A stretch of 40,637 nt of DNA, from positions 1-40,637 of IMG/VR virus record IMGVR_UViG_3300020045_008796; one strand, 5' to 3'. The notes beneath the pieces are model-generated. The model was not told where the DNA came from. It saw only the letters and a program-made list of their open reading frames with translations, and searched no databases. Source of the DNA: a virus (lineage: Duplodnaviria > Caudoviricetes). The translations under genes were made by a program, and so were the position numbers. Every line of letters begins with the position of its first letter. The first letter of the stretch is position 1. This document shows positions 16,950-26,542 of this stretch, piece after piece.

Positions 16950-18539
16950 TTATGCGACGGCGGATCCGATAAAGCATCCATTGATATATCCAGTTGCCGA
17001 TGCTCCAAGCGTCAGCGTCAGCACGAGACCTGCGGAAGTAGGAGTCACTGTTACCCAACCGTTTTGGTATATTACAGAGGCCGTTATAACACCAGCTCCA
17101 TCGGCTCGAACAAAGATCATTCCCCCAGCTGTGTTTGAAGCCGTGTTTGAATCCGTAACACCGAAGATGATCAGGCCCGACTGACGCACCAATGTCAGTT
17201 GAATTGAATTTGCCGCTCCGTTTGACTTGAACGATGACACATTGAAAACCTTGTTCAGGTCAAAGACCCCGCCCGTCACGCTGCGGAGAAGTTCATTCGT
17301 GGCCAAGGCCTGATTTCCGACAGTAGTTGCTGGACCAAGTGACTTGCTCGTCAGTGTCTGGGTGTCAGTTGTACCAACCACCGATCCAGTAACACCGTGA
17401 ACACCGGATGACGCTCCGGTGTGAGTTGTCAATGTTGTTAGATTGTCGCTGATCTGCTTCTGCAATTTGCCAAGTGCCGAAAGGACCGTATCTGCGGCCG
17501 TGATGACAGCATTGGTTATTGTGGACAAGCCGGTTAGTGTCGCCGCTCGAACTTGCGTAAATAAATCCTGCCAAGTCTTATCACCTCTCCAGTATTGGGC
17601 AGTGGTTCCTGCCGATATGGGAGCTTCGGCTATACTCGAAGCGGCTACATTCTTCCAATACCCCACAGCGCTATCGTACTGAATAAGCTGCTTGTCTGCC
17701 AGAGCTCCAAGTTGCACATTGGAGTCAGTTCCACCAAGAGTCGATCCATGAAGAACCTCAACCTGTAAAGACCCAGAGCCACCACTCCCCGCGTTGATCA
17801 CGATAGCAACCTGGGTCTTCATGTTCGGTGCTGATGGCTTAACCTTGGTCATTGCACCAACAAAAGAGGGATTATACCAGAGCACATCTCCATCCGCCCA
17901 GGTTTCTCCGACAGACGCGCCAGTCGTGTTAATCCCGTGGACAATCCCGATGATGGTTACGCGCCCAAAGGCATTGACAGCTAAGTTTTCGGTGGCCACA
18001 CCTAGTATAGCGTTGGGATCAGTCAGTCCTGTTGTAGTCGGGGCAAAGGTCAAGACGCCGGAAGCCCCGATGGAGCCGGTAACCATAATCAGCTGGCCTT
18101 CTGTAATCGCGCCTGAGGCTTTTCCGTAGACGAAAATCTCCTCCCCGACCTGCTGGATAATATTTCCTCCGCCCATGCTAACTTCAAGTGTCCCGGTTGG
18201 CCCCCATTTCAGGCGGCCAACTTTTTCCCCTGCTGGTGAACCTGGGAGAAGGTCTAGATAATCCGTCTCCGTTGCGTTATGGGCGTTATCAGAACGCCCA
18301 GTAAGAAGCTCGAGGCTGTGAGCAATACTTTCGAGTGAATCAATCGCCTGCTGCGCCTTTGCTGAGGCCGTCGCTCCTTCGATGGAGGACTCCTGAATTA
18401 GACGGTTTAACGTAGCAACATCGGAGGGGAGAAGTTCTCCTACGGATTTCAGAAGCTGCTCGAAAGCTCGAACTGCCCGAGCATTCGGAAGAAATTCCGC
18501 GAGCTGGTTGCGCGTGAGATTGCGTGGTGTGTTAGACAT
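16950..18539 (-). CDS. Tail needle/fibre-like protein
   Basis: Follows gp10-like gene; N-terminal coiled coil (LTRNQLAEFLP..RAVRAFE); T/G/S-rich body with QYWRGDKTW fibre motif. Confidence 0.7.
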   Translation of the reverse strand: MSNTPRNLTRNQLAEFLPNARAVRAFEQLLKSVGELLPSDVATLNRLIQESSIEGATASAKAQQAIDSLESIAHSLELLTGRSDNAHNATETDYLDLLPGSPAGEKVGRLKWGPTGTLEVSMGGGNIIQQVGEEIFVYGKASGAITEGQLIMVTGSIGASGVLTFAPTTTGLTDPNAILGVATENLAVNAFGRVTIIGIVHGINTTGASVGETWADGDVLWYNPSFVGAMTKVKPSAPNMKTQVAIVINAGSGGSGSLQVEVLHGSTLGGTDSNVQLGALADKQLIQYDSAVGYWKNVAASSIAEAPISAGTTAQYWRGDKTWQDLFTQVRAATLTGLSTITNAVITAADTVLSALGKLQKQISDNLTTLTTHTGASSGVHGVTGSVVGTTDTQTLTSKSLGPATTVGNQALATNELLRSVTGGVFDLNKVFNVSSFKSNGAANSIQLTLVRQSGLIIFGVTDSNTASNTAGGMIFVRADGAGVITASVIYQNGWVTVTPTSAGLVLTLTLGASATGYINGCFIGSAVA

Positions 18540-19932
18540 TCAATCCCTCGACTCTGGCCTCTAGCCGCGCGATAGCAAGATGCGCATCACTGGTCCCGCG
18601 AAACCTTTGAGCTCTCCAATGGCGCATGAACCCTTGCTGTAGCCAGTTAAGGCGCTTCAGCCTCTCTCCCTGCTTTCCGGCAGACCGAGGACGCTCCTGG
18701 CCCCATGTTTCACCATCTATTGTGTAGCTAGTCCAAATAGTCGGGTCAGCACCAAGAGCGACTCTCCCCGTTAGGCAAACAAGTTCGAGTTCGTGAAATA
18801 TGGCCCCACGTCCTTCATTGTAGATGATGACTGTTCCGAAGTCCCAGCCATTCAAAGAGCCATAATGTGAGGATACCTCATTTGTAAAGTACCCGTGTTC
18901 GGCAGAGGTAGGGTCTCCGCAGAGCCATTTTCCATAGCACCAAACGAAATTTCTAGCGCGGTATTGGCCAAGACCGACGATGCTCGAAGTTAACACGTAC
19001 CACACCGGCTCTTGAACTGCTTGGGATCCAGCCCCATCGTATACCAGAGTTTGGTCAGGAAGATGTATGTATAAAAGCTGGTGCCCAGAATTAACTCGCC
19101 CTTCTAGAACTGCCGTCGACAGCTCTTCCTCGGTATACTCCGAAAGAATTTGATCGATCTCTCGAGTCGATATTTTAGTCGTCGAACTGTTGCTTCCGAT
19201 CCATACAGCAGGTGCTTCGTTTCGGCCGCCTCCGAGAAAAGCGATAGATTCCAATAGAATAGCTGCAGCATATGTTCCAACGACTCCCCGCATCATTTGA
19301 GCACCTTCGATGCGCTCGAAGGGAAAGAGGTCCCCTCCAACGTTCTGGAAAACTTCAATAGTATACCGGTTGAGCGCATAGACCTCATTGCGAAGTTTAA
19401 GCAGACCTTTGATAGGATCTGGGTCTGCTTCAGAGCTCCCATATTTCAATGGATTCACAGACATTGGGTCGTTCAGTTCGGTGACAACCAGATTCGTCCC
19501 ATCAGTAGTCATGAAGTATCCATCAACCCAGACGAAGTCAACGACGTAACCGAGATCCGTATCAGTCACTTGGGTCAGCGTACCACCATCAAAATAAAAC
19601 AACCTGCCAGAAGAAGCGATTGCCAGCTTATCGAAGGAGTAATCTAACGTAGCCTGCCCGGTTCCACCTATTTCTCCAAGAGTGTTAGTTTCCCCTCCGT
19701 CACTAATGCAAACTAACTTGCTCCCCATTACGCGGTAGCACTTATCGCGCCAATTGATACCTCCTCGGTCTACCCCTGCTCCCACACCAAAAGAGACTAT
19801 CCCATCTGCCGGGCGTAAATACCCTTGTGAGATTCCCTGTTGCTTTGGCACAGGAACCATGTTACGCGGATAGGACGTCCGAAAATCGGACACCCCATCG
19901 GTGTAGATTCCGTTGAGGATTGGAATCTGCAT
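18532..19932 (-). CDS. P22 gp10-like DNA stabilization / tail hub protein
   Basis: MQIPILNGIY..., SSEADPDPI, beta-propeller-like composition; size and synteny. Confidence 0.82.
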   Translation of the reverse strand: MQIPILNGIYTDGVSDFRTSYPRNMVPVPKQQGISQGYLRPADGIVSFGVGAGVDRGGINWRDKCYRVMGSKLVCISDGGETNTLGEIGGTGQATLDYSFDKLAIASSGRLFYFDGGTLTQVTDTDLGYVVDFVWVDGYFMTTDGTNLVVTELNDPMSVNPLKYGSSEADPDPIKGLLKLRNEVYALNRYTIEVFQNVGGDLFPFERIEGAQMMRGVVGTYAAAILLESIAFLGGGRNEAPAVWIGSNSSTTKISTREIDQILSEYTEEELSTAVLEGRVNSGHQLLYIHLPDQTLVYDGAGSQAVQEPVWYVLTSSIVGLGQYRARNFVWCYGKWLCGDPTSAEHGYFTNEVSSHYGSLNGWDFGTVIIYNEGRGAIFHELELVCLTGRVALGADPTIWTSYTIDGETWGQERPRSAGKQGERLKRLNWLQQGFMRHWRAQRFRGTSDAHLAIARLEARVEGLNV

Positions 19933-19934
19933 GA

Positions 19935-20246
19935 TTAGAAGCCGCCTTCACCGCTCATCACGCTAGCAGTGGTTCCAGCAGCGCTAATCGTGGCCACGGT
20001 ATCATCGTCCTGCGGCTTTTCGATGTAGACGGTCTCCCCTGGGTAGACAGGCATATCGGCAGTCGTGGCGGTTACCGTACCATTAGAGGCTTGGCCAGTG
20101 CGGAAATACAGCGCGTTGGTAGCACCGGTATTCCGGACACGAAGCGTCTTATCGCCGCGCCCGATGGTGATGGTGGCAGATGCTGCGGCCGGAGCAGGTT
20201 CTTGGTTCGAACCGAAGTGCGGCCGAAAAGGTGAACGAATAGTCAT
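19935..20246 (-). CDS. Hypothetical virion protein
   Basis: AGGAG RBS; in morphogenesis operon. Confidence 0.7.
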   Translation of the reverse strand: MTIRSPFRPHFGSNQEPAPAAASATITIGRGDKTLRVRNTGATNALYFRTGQASNGTVTATTADMPVYPGETVYIEKPQDDDTVATISAAGTTASVMSGEGGF

Positions 20247-20271
20247 TACGAATCTCCTGTTTGGTTAATGG

Positions 20272-20727
20272 TTAGCCGACGCGGTACCAAGTCTTCATGA
20301 CAGCATCCCAACGCAGGCGGAAGAAGCCGTTGGCAGTAAGCGCTGTCGGTGCTCCGATGACAGTAGAGCCGTTTGCGTCGATGGTCAATGCCGTGACAAT
20401 CTGGGTCGAGCTAACAAGGATCTCTTGGCGGTCGACACAGTTAGCGGCTAGCGGCAACTTGAGGGTAGCCGCAGCCAAGGTGCCGGCAGGGGTCAGGATT
20501 AACCACAGGCTGTTCTGGTCGTCGCGCAAAAGCGTAGTCGAGCCGGTCAGCGGTGCGGCGTACTGAGTGACCTTGTTATCCTGGGTTGCCAGCTGCTGGG
20601 ACTCCAACCAGTTCATCAGGTTGGTAAGCGATATCTTTCGAGCGTCGCCGTTAGCCTGCGAATACAGGGCAAGCAGATCGCTCCCGGAGAGCTGGTCTGC
20701 TGCATTGAGTTGATTAATTGATGGCAT
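20272..20727 (-). CDS. Hypothetical virion protein
   Basis: GGAGAG RBS; ILTPAGTLAA.TLKLP...WYRVG. Confidence 0.72.
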   Translation of the reverse strand: MPSINQLNAADQLSGSDLLALYSQANGDARKISLTNLMNWLESQQLATQDNKVTQYAAPLTGSTTLLRDDQNSLWLILTPAGTLAAATLKLPLAANCVDRQEILVSSTQIVTALTIDANGSTVIGAPTALTANGFFRLRWDAVMKTWYRVG

Positions 20728-20736
20728 GGAGCTCTC

Positions 20737-21225
20737 CTAGTCTAGGTCGATTGGGCCGTCTGAGCCTGCATCCACAGCCGATTGGTCGGGGGCATACACG
20801 AACGGGTTATTGAAGTTGCGCCATGGCTTGGTGCCCTGACCGCGGGGCATGGTTTGCGGAAGCTGCCGTTCGTGCGTTGGAATGCTAGCTTGGTTAAGCA
20901 GATTGCTATACGCTATGTCTGCGAATGCCCGAGTCTCAGGAGACGCAGTCTTCCCGAAGCCCGGTGCCAACCGGAGAGCCAACCCTAGGTAGATCGCCTC
21001 ATTGCACCAATCAGGGGTTCCCGTATCAGCGTCGATGTTGCTGTTCTGCGGAGAGGATGGAATCGGGTAAGCGATCCGAATACCGTTGGCAGCCCAGCCG
21101 GCGACCATAGCATCCAAGCGGCGAAGCGCGCTGTCGAGCTGCTCCGGAGTCAAGTCGAAGACATAAGCGGCAAGGCCGATCTCTTCGAAAGCCTGTACGA
21201 TGAATTGCCGCTTAGTCCAGCTCAT
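20737..21225 (-). CDS. P22 gp4-like head-tail adaptor
   Basis: TKRQFIVQAFEEIG, ALRRLDAMVAGW, LALRLAP.FG, MPRGQG. Confidence 0.82.
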   Translation of the reverse strand: MSWTKRQFIVQAFEEIGLAAYVFDLTPEQLDSALRRLDAMVAGWAANGIRIAYPIPSSPQNSNIDADTGTPDWCNEAIYLGLALRLAPGFGKTASPETRAFADIAYSNLLNQASIPTHERQLPQTMPRGQGTKPWRNFNNPFVYAPDQSAVDAGSDGPIDLD

Positions 21226-21227
21226 GA

Positions 21228-21497
21228 TTAACCCTTAGCCCAGGGCTGCGCAGGGGCGATCTTTGCGTTACCCTTAGCAGGGGTTGCCTTGGCGGCTGTC
21301 GGCTCAGTGGGGGCCGTTGTGGGGGCAGTGGGGGCCGTTTCTGCGGCAATGGCTTCGGGCAGGCTTGCAGCCCAGCCGGCAGCCAAGGCACCCTCGAAGG
21401 ATTCTTGATCCTCGACGAGCTTGTGGTCATAGCTTCCACCGGCGCGTTGATGCGGGCCTTTGTCCTTGTAGACGAGGCGAGGGAATTCGTTGTCCAT
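21228..21497 (-). CDS. Hypothetical protein with Ala/Pro/Thr-rich tail
   Basis: Start MDNEFP after GGAG. Confidence 0.65.
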   Translation of the reverse strand: MDNEFPRLVYKDKGPHQRAGGSYDHKLVEDQESFEGALAAGWAASLPEAIAAETAPTAPTTAPTEPTAAKATPAKGNAKIAPAQPWAKG

Positions 21498-21562
21498 AGT
21501 GTTCTCCGAAGTTGTAAAGACCGGGCCGAGCAGCACTTGTGACGCCACCCAGCCCGAGAGCG

Positions 21563-22162
21563 TTAGCCCATGCGATAGGTGACGTAGGTCGCCGCGGCAG
21601 TCTTGGTGGTACGGAAGTGACCGGAGGTTACGGTGGCCACGACGGCGGTGCCGACGATCGTGTGGCCGGCAGCGGCGGCGATCGTGAAGGCATTAGCGCC
21701 AGTTGCAATCACAGACCAGTCGAACGAATCTCCGATCTGAAAGTTGGCAGCAGCGTCCAGAACAGTACCAGTGGGCATAGTGCCGGTCACAGCAGCAGCA
21801 GTCGTCGAAGTAACGATACCGCCCAGCATTGCAGCAGCAGTCAGAGCACCGGTGGCATTCAAGGCAACCGGCGTGGTCTGCACTTGCCAAGCCAGAACAT
21901 CTTCGACCAGAGGAGCAGCTCCGACTTCATACAGCGTCGGCAGAGCGCCACCGTCGATGACGATGCGGGCACCAGAAGCATACGGACCGAAGACCGTCTG
22001 GCCATTAGACACGGTGCCCAGCAGACTGAGGGTGTCAGGGTGGTTGGGATAGCCGACGATCTGGGACACCTGGGCACTGCCCTTAGCGTACACAGCGATG
22101 CTGCCGGCAGCGGGGACGACAACGGTAACGTTGCCGAGGGGACCTACGACGAGAGAAGACAT
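21563..22162 (-). CDS. Putative capsid decoration / minor virion protein
   Basis: Directly after coat gene; AGGAG RBS; T/A/G/V-rich. Confidence 0.7.
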   Translation of the reverse strand: MSSLVVGPLGNVTVVVPAAGSIAVYAKGSAQVSQIVGYPNHPDTLSLLGTVSNGQTVFGPYASGARIVIDGGALPTLYEVGAAPLVEDVLAWQVQTTPVALNATGALTAAAMLGGIVTSTTAAAVTGTMPTGTVLDAAANFQIGDSFDWSVIATGANAFTIAAAAGHTIVGTAVVATVTSGHFRTTKTAAATYVTYRMG

Positions 22163-22189
22163 GTTGAACTCCTAAATTGATTGCGAAGA

Positions 22190-22207
22190 GGGAGGCCGAA
22201 GCCTCCC
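22190..22207 (-). terminator. Hairpin after the coat gene (probably leaky terminator)
   Basis: GGGAGGC-TTCG-GCCTCCC followed by a weak TCTTC tract. Confidence 0.7.
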
Positions 22208-22221
22208 ACTGTTTCAGACGC

Positions 22222-23490
22222 TTAGGTCTGGCTGAACAAGATGATGCCGGACATCTCGGGCTGTTTGTTCACCACCCCGAAGAGGGTATCGAGACGATAC
22301 TTGATCTTCATGGTGTTGATGTCGTACCACTTCTGCATCACCAGCTCGATGCCTTGATCGGTGGAGGCGCGCATCACCGCGGTACCAGCATCGGTCGGCA
22401 CGGCATAGCGGCCGGGCAGGAGTTCAAGAGCATCCTTCTGCCAGAACGGGTTGGCATAGCCAGCGACGGTGTTCAAGAACACGATGGCGCTGTTGGCGGC
22501 CTTGGTGTTCACGATACAGTTCTGGTATTCGGCCGAAGCGTCGTTGGCAACTTGGTTGCTGATGATCGGAGGGCTGATCGTCATGGTCGTAGCGGAGTCC
22601 ACCGAGATGACGCGGAAGGTCTTCAGCTGGCCGGTGTCCTGCTTGGTGATGTGGTGCACCGCGTTGACGGCAGCAATCGTGAAGCAGTCGCCGGCAACCA
22701 CGTTGGTGGTCGAGGAGACGGTTACCGATTGGAAGCGGTTGTCAACGTTGCCCACTTCGCCGGTGGAGGCAGTGGTTGTAGCCTTCGGGGTGTAGACGTT
22801 GCCTCCTGCGTCCAGAGTGCTGATTGTCAGACCAGCGCCACCAGCAGCGGCGGCAAGACGGTTGGCGTAGTCAAGCTTGTAGGTCTCGAACGATGCCACC
22901 GTGCCGACGTAGGCCTTCTCGTAGGCGGTGACCGGCTTGCCTTGCATGGTCTGACGACCTGCAAGGTTGCTGGCCATGCCGTTGTAGTCGCGGGTGCTCA
23001 GCGCCATGTAACGATCGAAGGCTTGGACGCCCTGCTCGTTCATGATTGCTTCGGCCTGCGCCACGTCGTCAAAGCCGGAGGCGGCAGTCGAACGTTTGAC
23101 CACAAGGGTACCCTGTAGGGCAGCAACGCGCATCACGGCAACGTTGATGTCGGAAGCCAGCTTCTGCTTGGCAGCTTCGCCGAGGCGTTGCTCTTGCAGG
23201 GCATCGCGGAGCTCTTTCGTGGTCAGCACCCAGGGCACAGACTTGCTGTAGCCGATGCGGGCCGGCACGGCGAGCTGCGTGTAGTCCTTGAAGTTGGAGG
23301 TCTGGTCAGTACCGTCGAAGGACTGACTGATGTAGGGCTGCGGACGCCAGATGGTGTCGCTCGTACGTTCCATCGTCACCTGATCGGTGTTGTAGATGGA
23401 AACGTTGCGAGACAGCACCAAGGCATCTTGGAAGCCCTCGAGCAGGAGTTCGAATGCGACTCGCTCTTCTTTACTAAACAGGTTGGACAT
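22222..23490 (-). CDS. Major capsid protein, P22 coat family
   Basis: FSKEERVAFE..LEGF.D.LVLS, AAKQKLASDIN, KYRLDTLFGV...QPEMSG; position after scaffold. Confidence 0.9.
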   Translation of the reverse strand: MSNLFSKEERVAFELLLEGFQDALVLSRNVSIYNTDQVTMERTSDTIWRPQPYISQSFDGTDQTSNFKDYTQLAVPARIGYSKSVPWVLTTKELRDALQEQRLGEAAKQKLASDINVAVMRVAALQGTLVVKRSTAASGFDDVAQAEAIMNEQGVQAFDRYMALSTRDYNGMASNLAGRQTMQGKPVTAYEKAYVGTVASFETYKLDYANRLAAAAGGAGLTISTLDAGGNVYTPKATTTASTGEVGNVDNRFQSVTVSSTTNVVAGDCFTIAAVNAVHHITKQDTGQLKTFRVISVDSATTMTISPPIISNQVANDASAEYQNCIVNTKAANSAIVFLNTVAGYANPFWQKDALELLPGRYAVPTDAGTAVMRASTDQGIELVMQKWYDINTMKIKYRLDTLFGVVNKQPEMSGIILFSQT

Positions 23491-23516
23491 GATTTGATCC
23501 TATCGGTTGGAATGGG

Positions 23517-24389
23517 TTAACTTGCTTTCTTCGACCGTTTGTAGGCAACCACTTTAGAGTAGTCGCCAGTCTTTTCGGCCTCAGCGCGCAAGCGTTCAAG
23601 GCTTGAGTCCACCGCACCAGATGTCGAGCCGGTTCCCCGGACAGAGCCTTCAGGAGGCGGCGGTGCTTTGCGATTTGTAACTTTCAATTGTGTCTCCAGT
23701 TTGGCTACCGCGAAAGCATATTTCACGGGATCAGTAATTGCTGCCAGCTCTTTGGCCTTCTTCGGATTCTTCCCGAGCGCGTAGATCACCAGCGCAGGAT
23801 TCTCGGCACCTTGCAGAATGATCCCTTGCTGCGTTGAGGAGAAAGACTCCTGCACCGTAGCTTCAGCATCATCGAAGTCTTTCACCTTCAGCTCGGTCTT
23901 AGCCTTGCCGTAGGAGGTCAACTTCGCCTGCCATGCCTGTTCAGCGGCGGTAGCTTCTGCTTTCGCTTTGGCTGCCTGCTCATCGGCAAGGCGCTTCTGG
24001 TCGTACCAATTTGCCAGCGCGTTCTCGTACTTCTCCGCGTCGTAATCGTGGCCTTCGAGAGTTGGCTTCTGTCCCAGAGTAGCAGGCTTGGTCTCTGCGC
24101 CGCTGACGGCTTTCAGCTTTTCTTCCAGTTCACGCTTCTCGCGTTGGAGTTCACGATAGTTCTTACGCAGCCCACGAACCCACTCAGGCGCATGTGCCAG
24201 CTCTTCTTCGGGAGGCGGCGACTCCTCCCCAATGGTCACGACAACATCATCAGCCTCCGCTTCGCTTCCGGACTCTTCGCCTTCAGTACCGTCGGCGTTC
24301 TCTTGCGCGCCTTCAGTACCTTGTTGCTCTTCATCCAGAACGATCTCGTCGTCTGTCTCTGCTGCCGTACCGTCTGCCTTTGTGCTCAT
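23517..24389 (-). CDS. Scaffolding protein
   Basis: Acidic N-terminus, coiled coil, basic C-terminal helix; between portal and coat. Confidence 0.8.
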   Translation of the reverse strand: MSTKADGTAAETDDEIVLDEEQQGTEGAQENADGTEGEESGSEAEADDVVVTIGEESPPPEEELAHAPEWVRGLRKNYRELQREKRELEEKLKAVSGAETKPATLGQKPTLEGHDYDAEKYENALANWYDQKRLADEQAAKAKAEATAAEQAWQAKLTSYGKAKTELKVKDFDDAEATVQESFSSTQQGIILQGAENPALVIYALGKNPKKAKELAAITDPVKYAFAVAKLETQLKVTNRKAPPPPEGSVRGTGSTSGAVDSSLERLRAEAEKTGDYSKVVAYKRSKKAS

Positions 24390-24455
24390 ATCTGATCCCA
24401 CGTTAACTCACCCATTACAGGCCGGGTGGATGCCATAGCTGCGATTGTGGCCCAG

Positions 24456-26540
24456 TTAGGAACCATTGGCAACAGGCGCCGCTGGTTGTTGTAGATCCTG
24501 TTGGGCACTGAAGGCCTCCCCCATAGTTTTGGCAACTTCGAGGGCATGCTGCTGCTCTGCCAGATCAATGCCGGCCAAGGTCTCCAACGTCTGCGCCTGG
24601 GTCTGCTTAGACTTGGCCACCGTCAGCACGGTATCAGCCCGAGCCTTGACAGCAGCGGCAGCAGCTTGGTCGGCAGAGGCCATCAAGAACTGTGTGTTAG
24701 CATCCGGCGGCTGGTTCTGAGCATTCTGCGCTTCCTGGGCAAGCTGCTGGGCCTCCTCGGGAGACGGTTTGACCACACCAAGTCGGATCAGCTTCTGCCG
24801 ATAGTAGTCGCGGACGTCTGCAATACCCTCACCTTCCATATTCATCATGGCCATCGCTCCGAGCACTTGGATGGTCTCGGGGTCCTGGGTAATGGTCATC
24901 ATACCGGTCAGAGCGCGCACGGTGCTCTGCCGCTTGCTGGCGGAGGAAGGACCGACATCCACGGCCACGTCGAAGTCTGCTTCAGCGAGGTCGTTCTCGT
25001 ATTCCGTCTCGCCGCTCTCGCCGGCAACCGGACGCAGGAGCTCGATGGTAGAGACGTCGCCGGAGGTACCCATGCCCTTCATCTTGCGGCCTTCATCCAC
25101 GAGGATGTCGCGTGCCATGCTCAACCAGATTTCCCCGCAGCGCTTGACAGCCTTGCTCATGTTGCTCATGTAGATGAAGGTCTGCATGTCGAGTTTGTTC
25201 TGCACCAGCTCCACCGCCTTGCCGGATAGGTTGGGCTGTAGCTGCTCGCCGGCCTGCTGGTTGCCAAGCACGTCTTGCATGTCCTGCTCGGTCAGCTGTA
25301 GCAGTGCAGCCATGGCAGGAGGGATCTCTGGTGCCTTGGTGTAGCTCTGCGGGCCGATAGCAATCGGGTTGCCATCCGGGCCTGTCAAGGCATTGATCAG
25401 CAGGTACGGATAGTTTTTGATATTATCTTCAGCCCACATCAGCTGGTGGCCAGCCACTTGCTCCGGGGTGAAGATTGGCTTCTCGACCGAGCCATAGGCG
25501 CTGATTTCGCCCAGCTTGCTGAGCTGCATGTTCTTGAGTCGTTGGCTGTCCTTGGCGAGGCGCACATGCCCCATGCAGCGCTCAACATTGTCGACGAACC
25601 AGCGCTTGCCATACATAGGCACGATCGGGATGCACTTACCAGCGAGGTATCCGCAGTCCTCGAGCACACCCTTTCCAGAGAGGATGTACTTGTGGACTTT
25701 GCGGCGCTTCACCTTCTTCTGACGGATCTCACGGAAGCCGGTGGCTGCCAGGGTCTCTTCGAGGCTGTCGTCGTCATTCAGCTCCTTGTCGGAGACCTTG
25801 CGCTCGGTTCCGTCTAGGCCGCGGTAGACGTGGATCAGCTCGCTGACTTCCTCGACGCAGTAGTACTCCGCGATATAGACGACGTCCGGAGTCAACCAGT
25901 CGAACATGCGTTGGTGGATCTGCTTGGGCCAGCTCGCCGGGTCATCGTTGTATTCTTGACGATAGGCATCCCGAGTCATGGCCGTCAGCACGAAGCACTT
26001 CTTGGCATCGGCCTTGTCTTGGCGCTTGGCATTCAGATCGAAGAAGACGGAGCTGTCGGCATCGAAGATCGGTTCAATGCGGATGCGTTGGTACTCGTTG
26101 TCCTCGTCTTCTTCATCCTCGTAGCAGGCGCGCAGACGCCAAGCACCGAAGCCACCGCCCACTGCTTCCTCGAAGGCGTTGTCGTAGGCTTCCTCAGCGG
26201 TGGAGTCCTGCTCGTCCGAGCGGTAGAGCGCGGCGCAGGTCTCGGCCAACTTATCGTTGTCCTTACCTTCCTTGCTGACGAAGTTGACAGTAATGCGGTT
26301 GTTGCGATACTCATTGAAGATGCGGATCACTGCTAGGTGGATCTTGTTGACTTCAAAGCGCGGTTTGTTCTCGAACTGCACACCGAGCGGACCTTCCCAC
26401 TGCGCGCCAGCAATGGAGTAAAAGCGTCGGTCTTGCAGGCACTGCAACCGCTCGTCGCGGAGCGCAGTCTGGATCTTAGCGAACTCCGCCATGGCATCCT
26501 CGTGTAGGTTGCTGTGACGCTCTGCTTTGGTTTTGGCCAT
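24456..26540 (-). CDS. Portal protein, P22-like
   Basis: GAQWEG, PRFEVNK, AFEEAVGGGFGAWR, DVGPS; long Q/A-rich C-terminal barrel; 694 aa after TerL. Confidence 0.92.
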   Translation of the reverse strand: MAKTKAERHSNLHEDAMAEFAKIQTALRDERLQCLQDRRFYSIAGAQWEGPLGVQFENKPRFEVNKIHLAVIRIFNEYRNNRITVNFVSKEGKDNDKLAETCAALYRSDEQDSTAEEAYDNAFEEAVGGGFGAWRLRACYEDEEDEDNEYQRIRIEPIFDADSSVFFDLNAKRQDKADAKKCFVLTAMTRDAYRQEYNDDPASWPKQIHQRMFDWLTPDVVYIAEYYCVEEVSELIHVYRGLDGTERKVSDKELNDDDSLEETLAATGFREIRQKKVKRRKVHKYILSGKGVLEDCGYLAGKCIPIVPMYGKRWFVDNVERCMGHVRLAKDSQRLKNMQLSKLGEISAYGSVEKPIFTPEQVAGHQLMWAEDNIKNYPYLLINALTGPDGNPIAIGPQSYTKAPEIPPAMAALLQLTEQDMQDVLGNQQAGEQLQPNLSGKAVELVQNKLDMQTFIYMSNMSKAVKRCGEIWLSMARDILVDEGRKMKGMGTSGDVSTIELLRPVAGESGETEYENDLAEADFDVAVDVGPSSASKRQSTVRALTGMMTITQDPETIQVLGAMAMMNMEGEGIADVRDYYRQKLIRLGVVKPSPEEAQQLAQEAQNAQNQPPDANTQFLMASADQAAAAAVKARADTVLTVAKSKQTQAQTLETLAGIDLAEQQHALEVAKTMGEAFSAQQDLQQPAAPVANGS

Positions 26541-26542
26541 GG

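Noticed and set aside
9519-18539. Diversity-generating retroelement or invertible tail cassette
   Set aside because: No reverse transcriptase or recombinase, and no template/variable repeat pair noticed.
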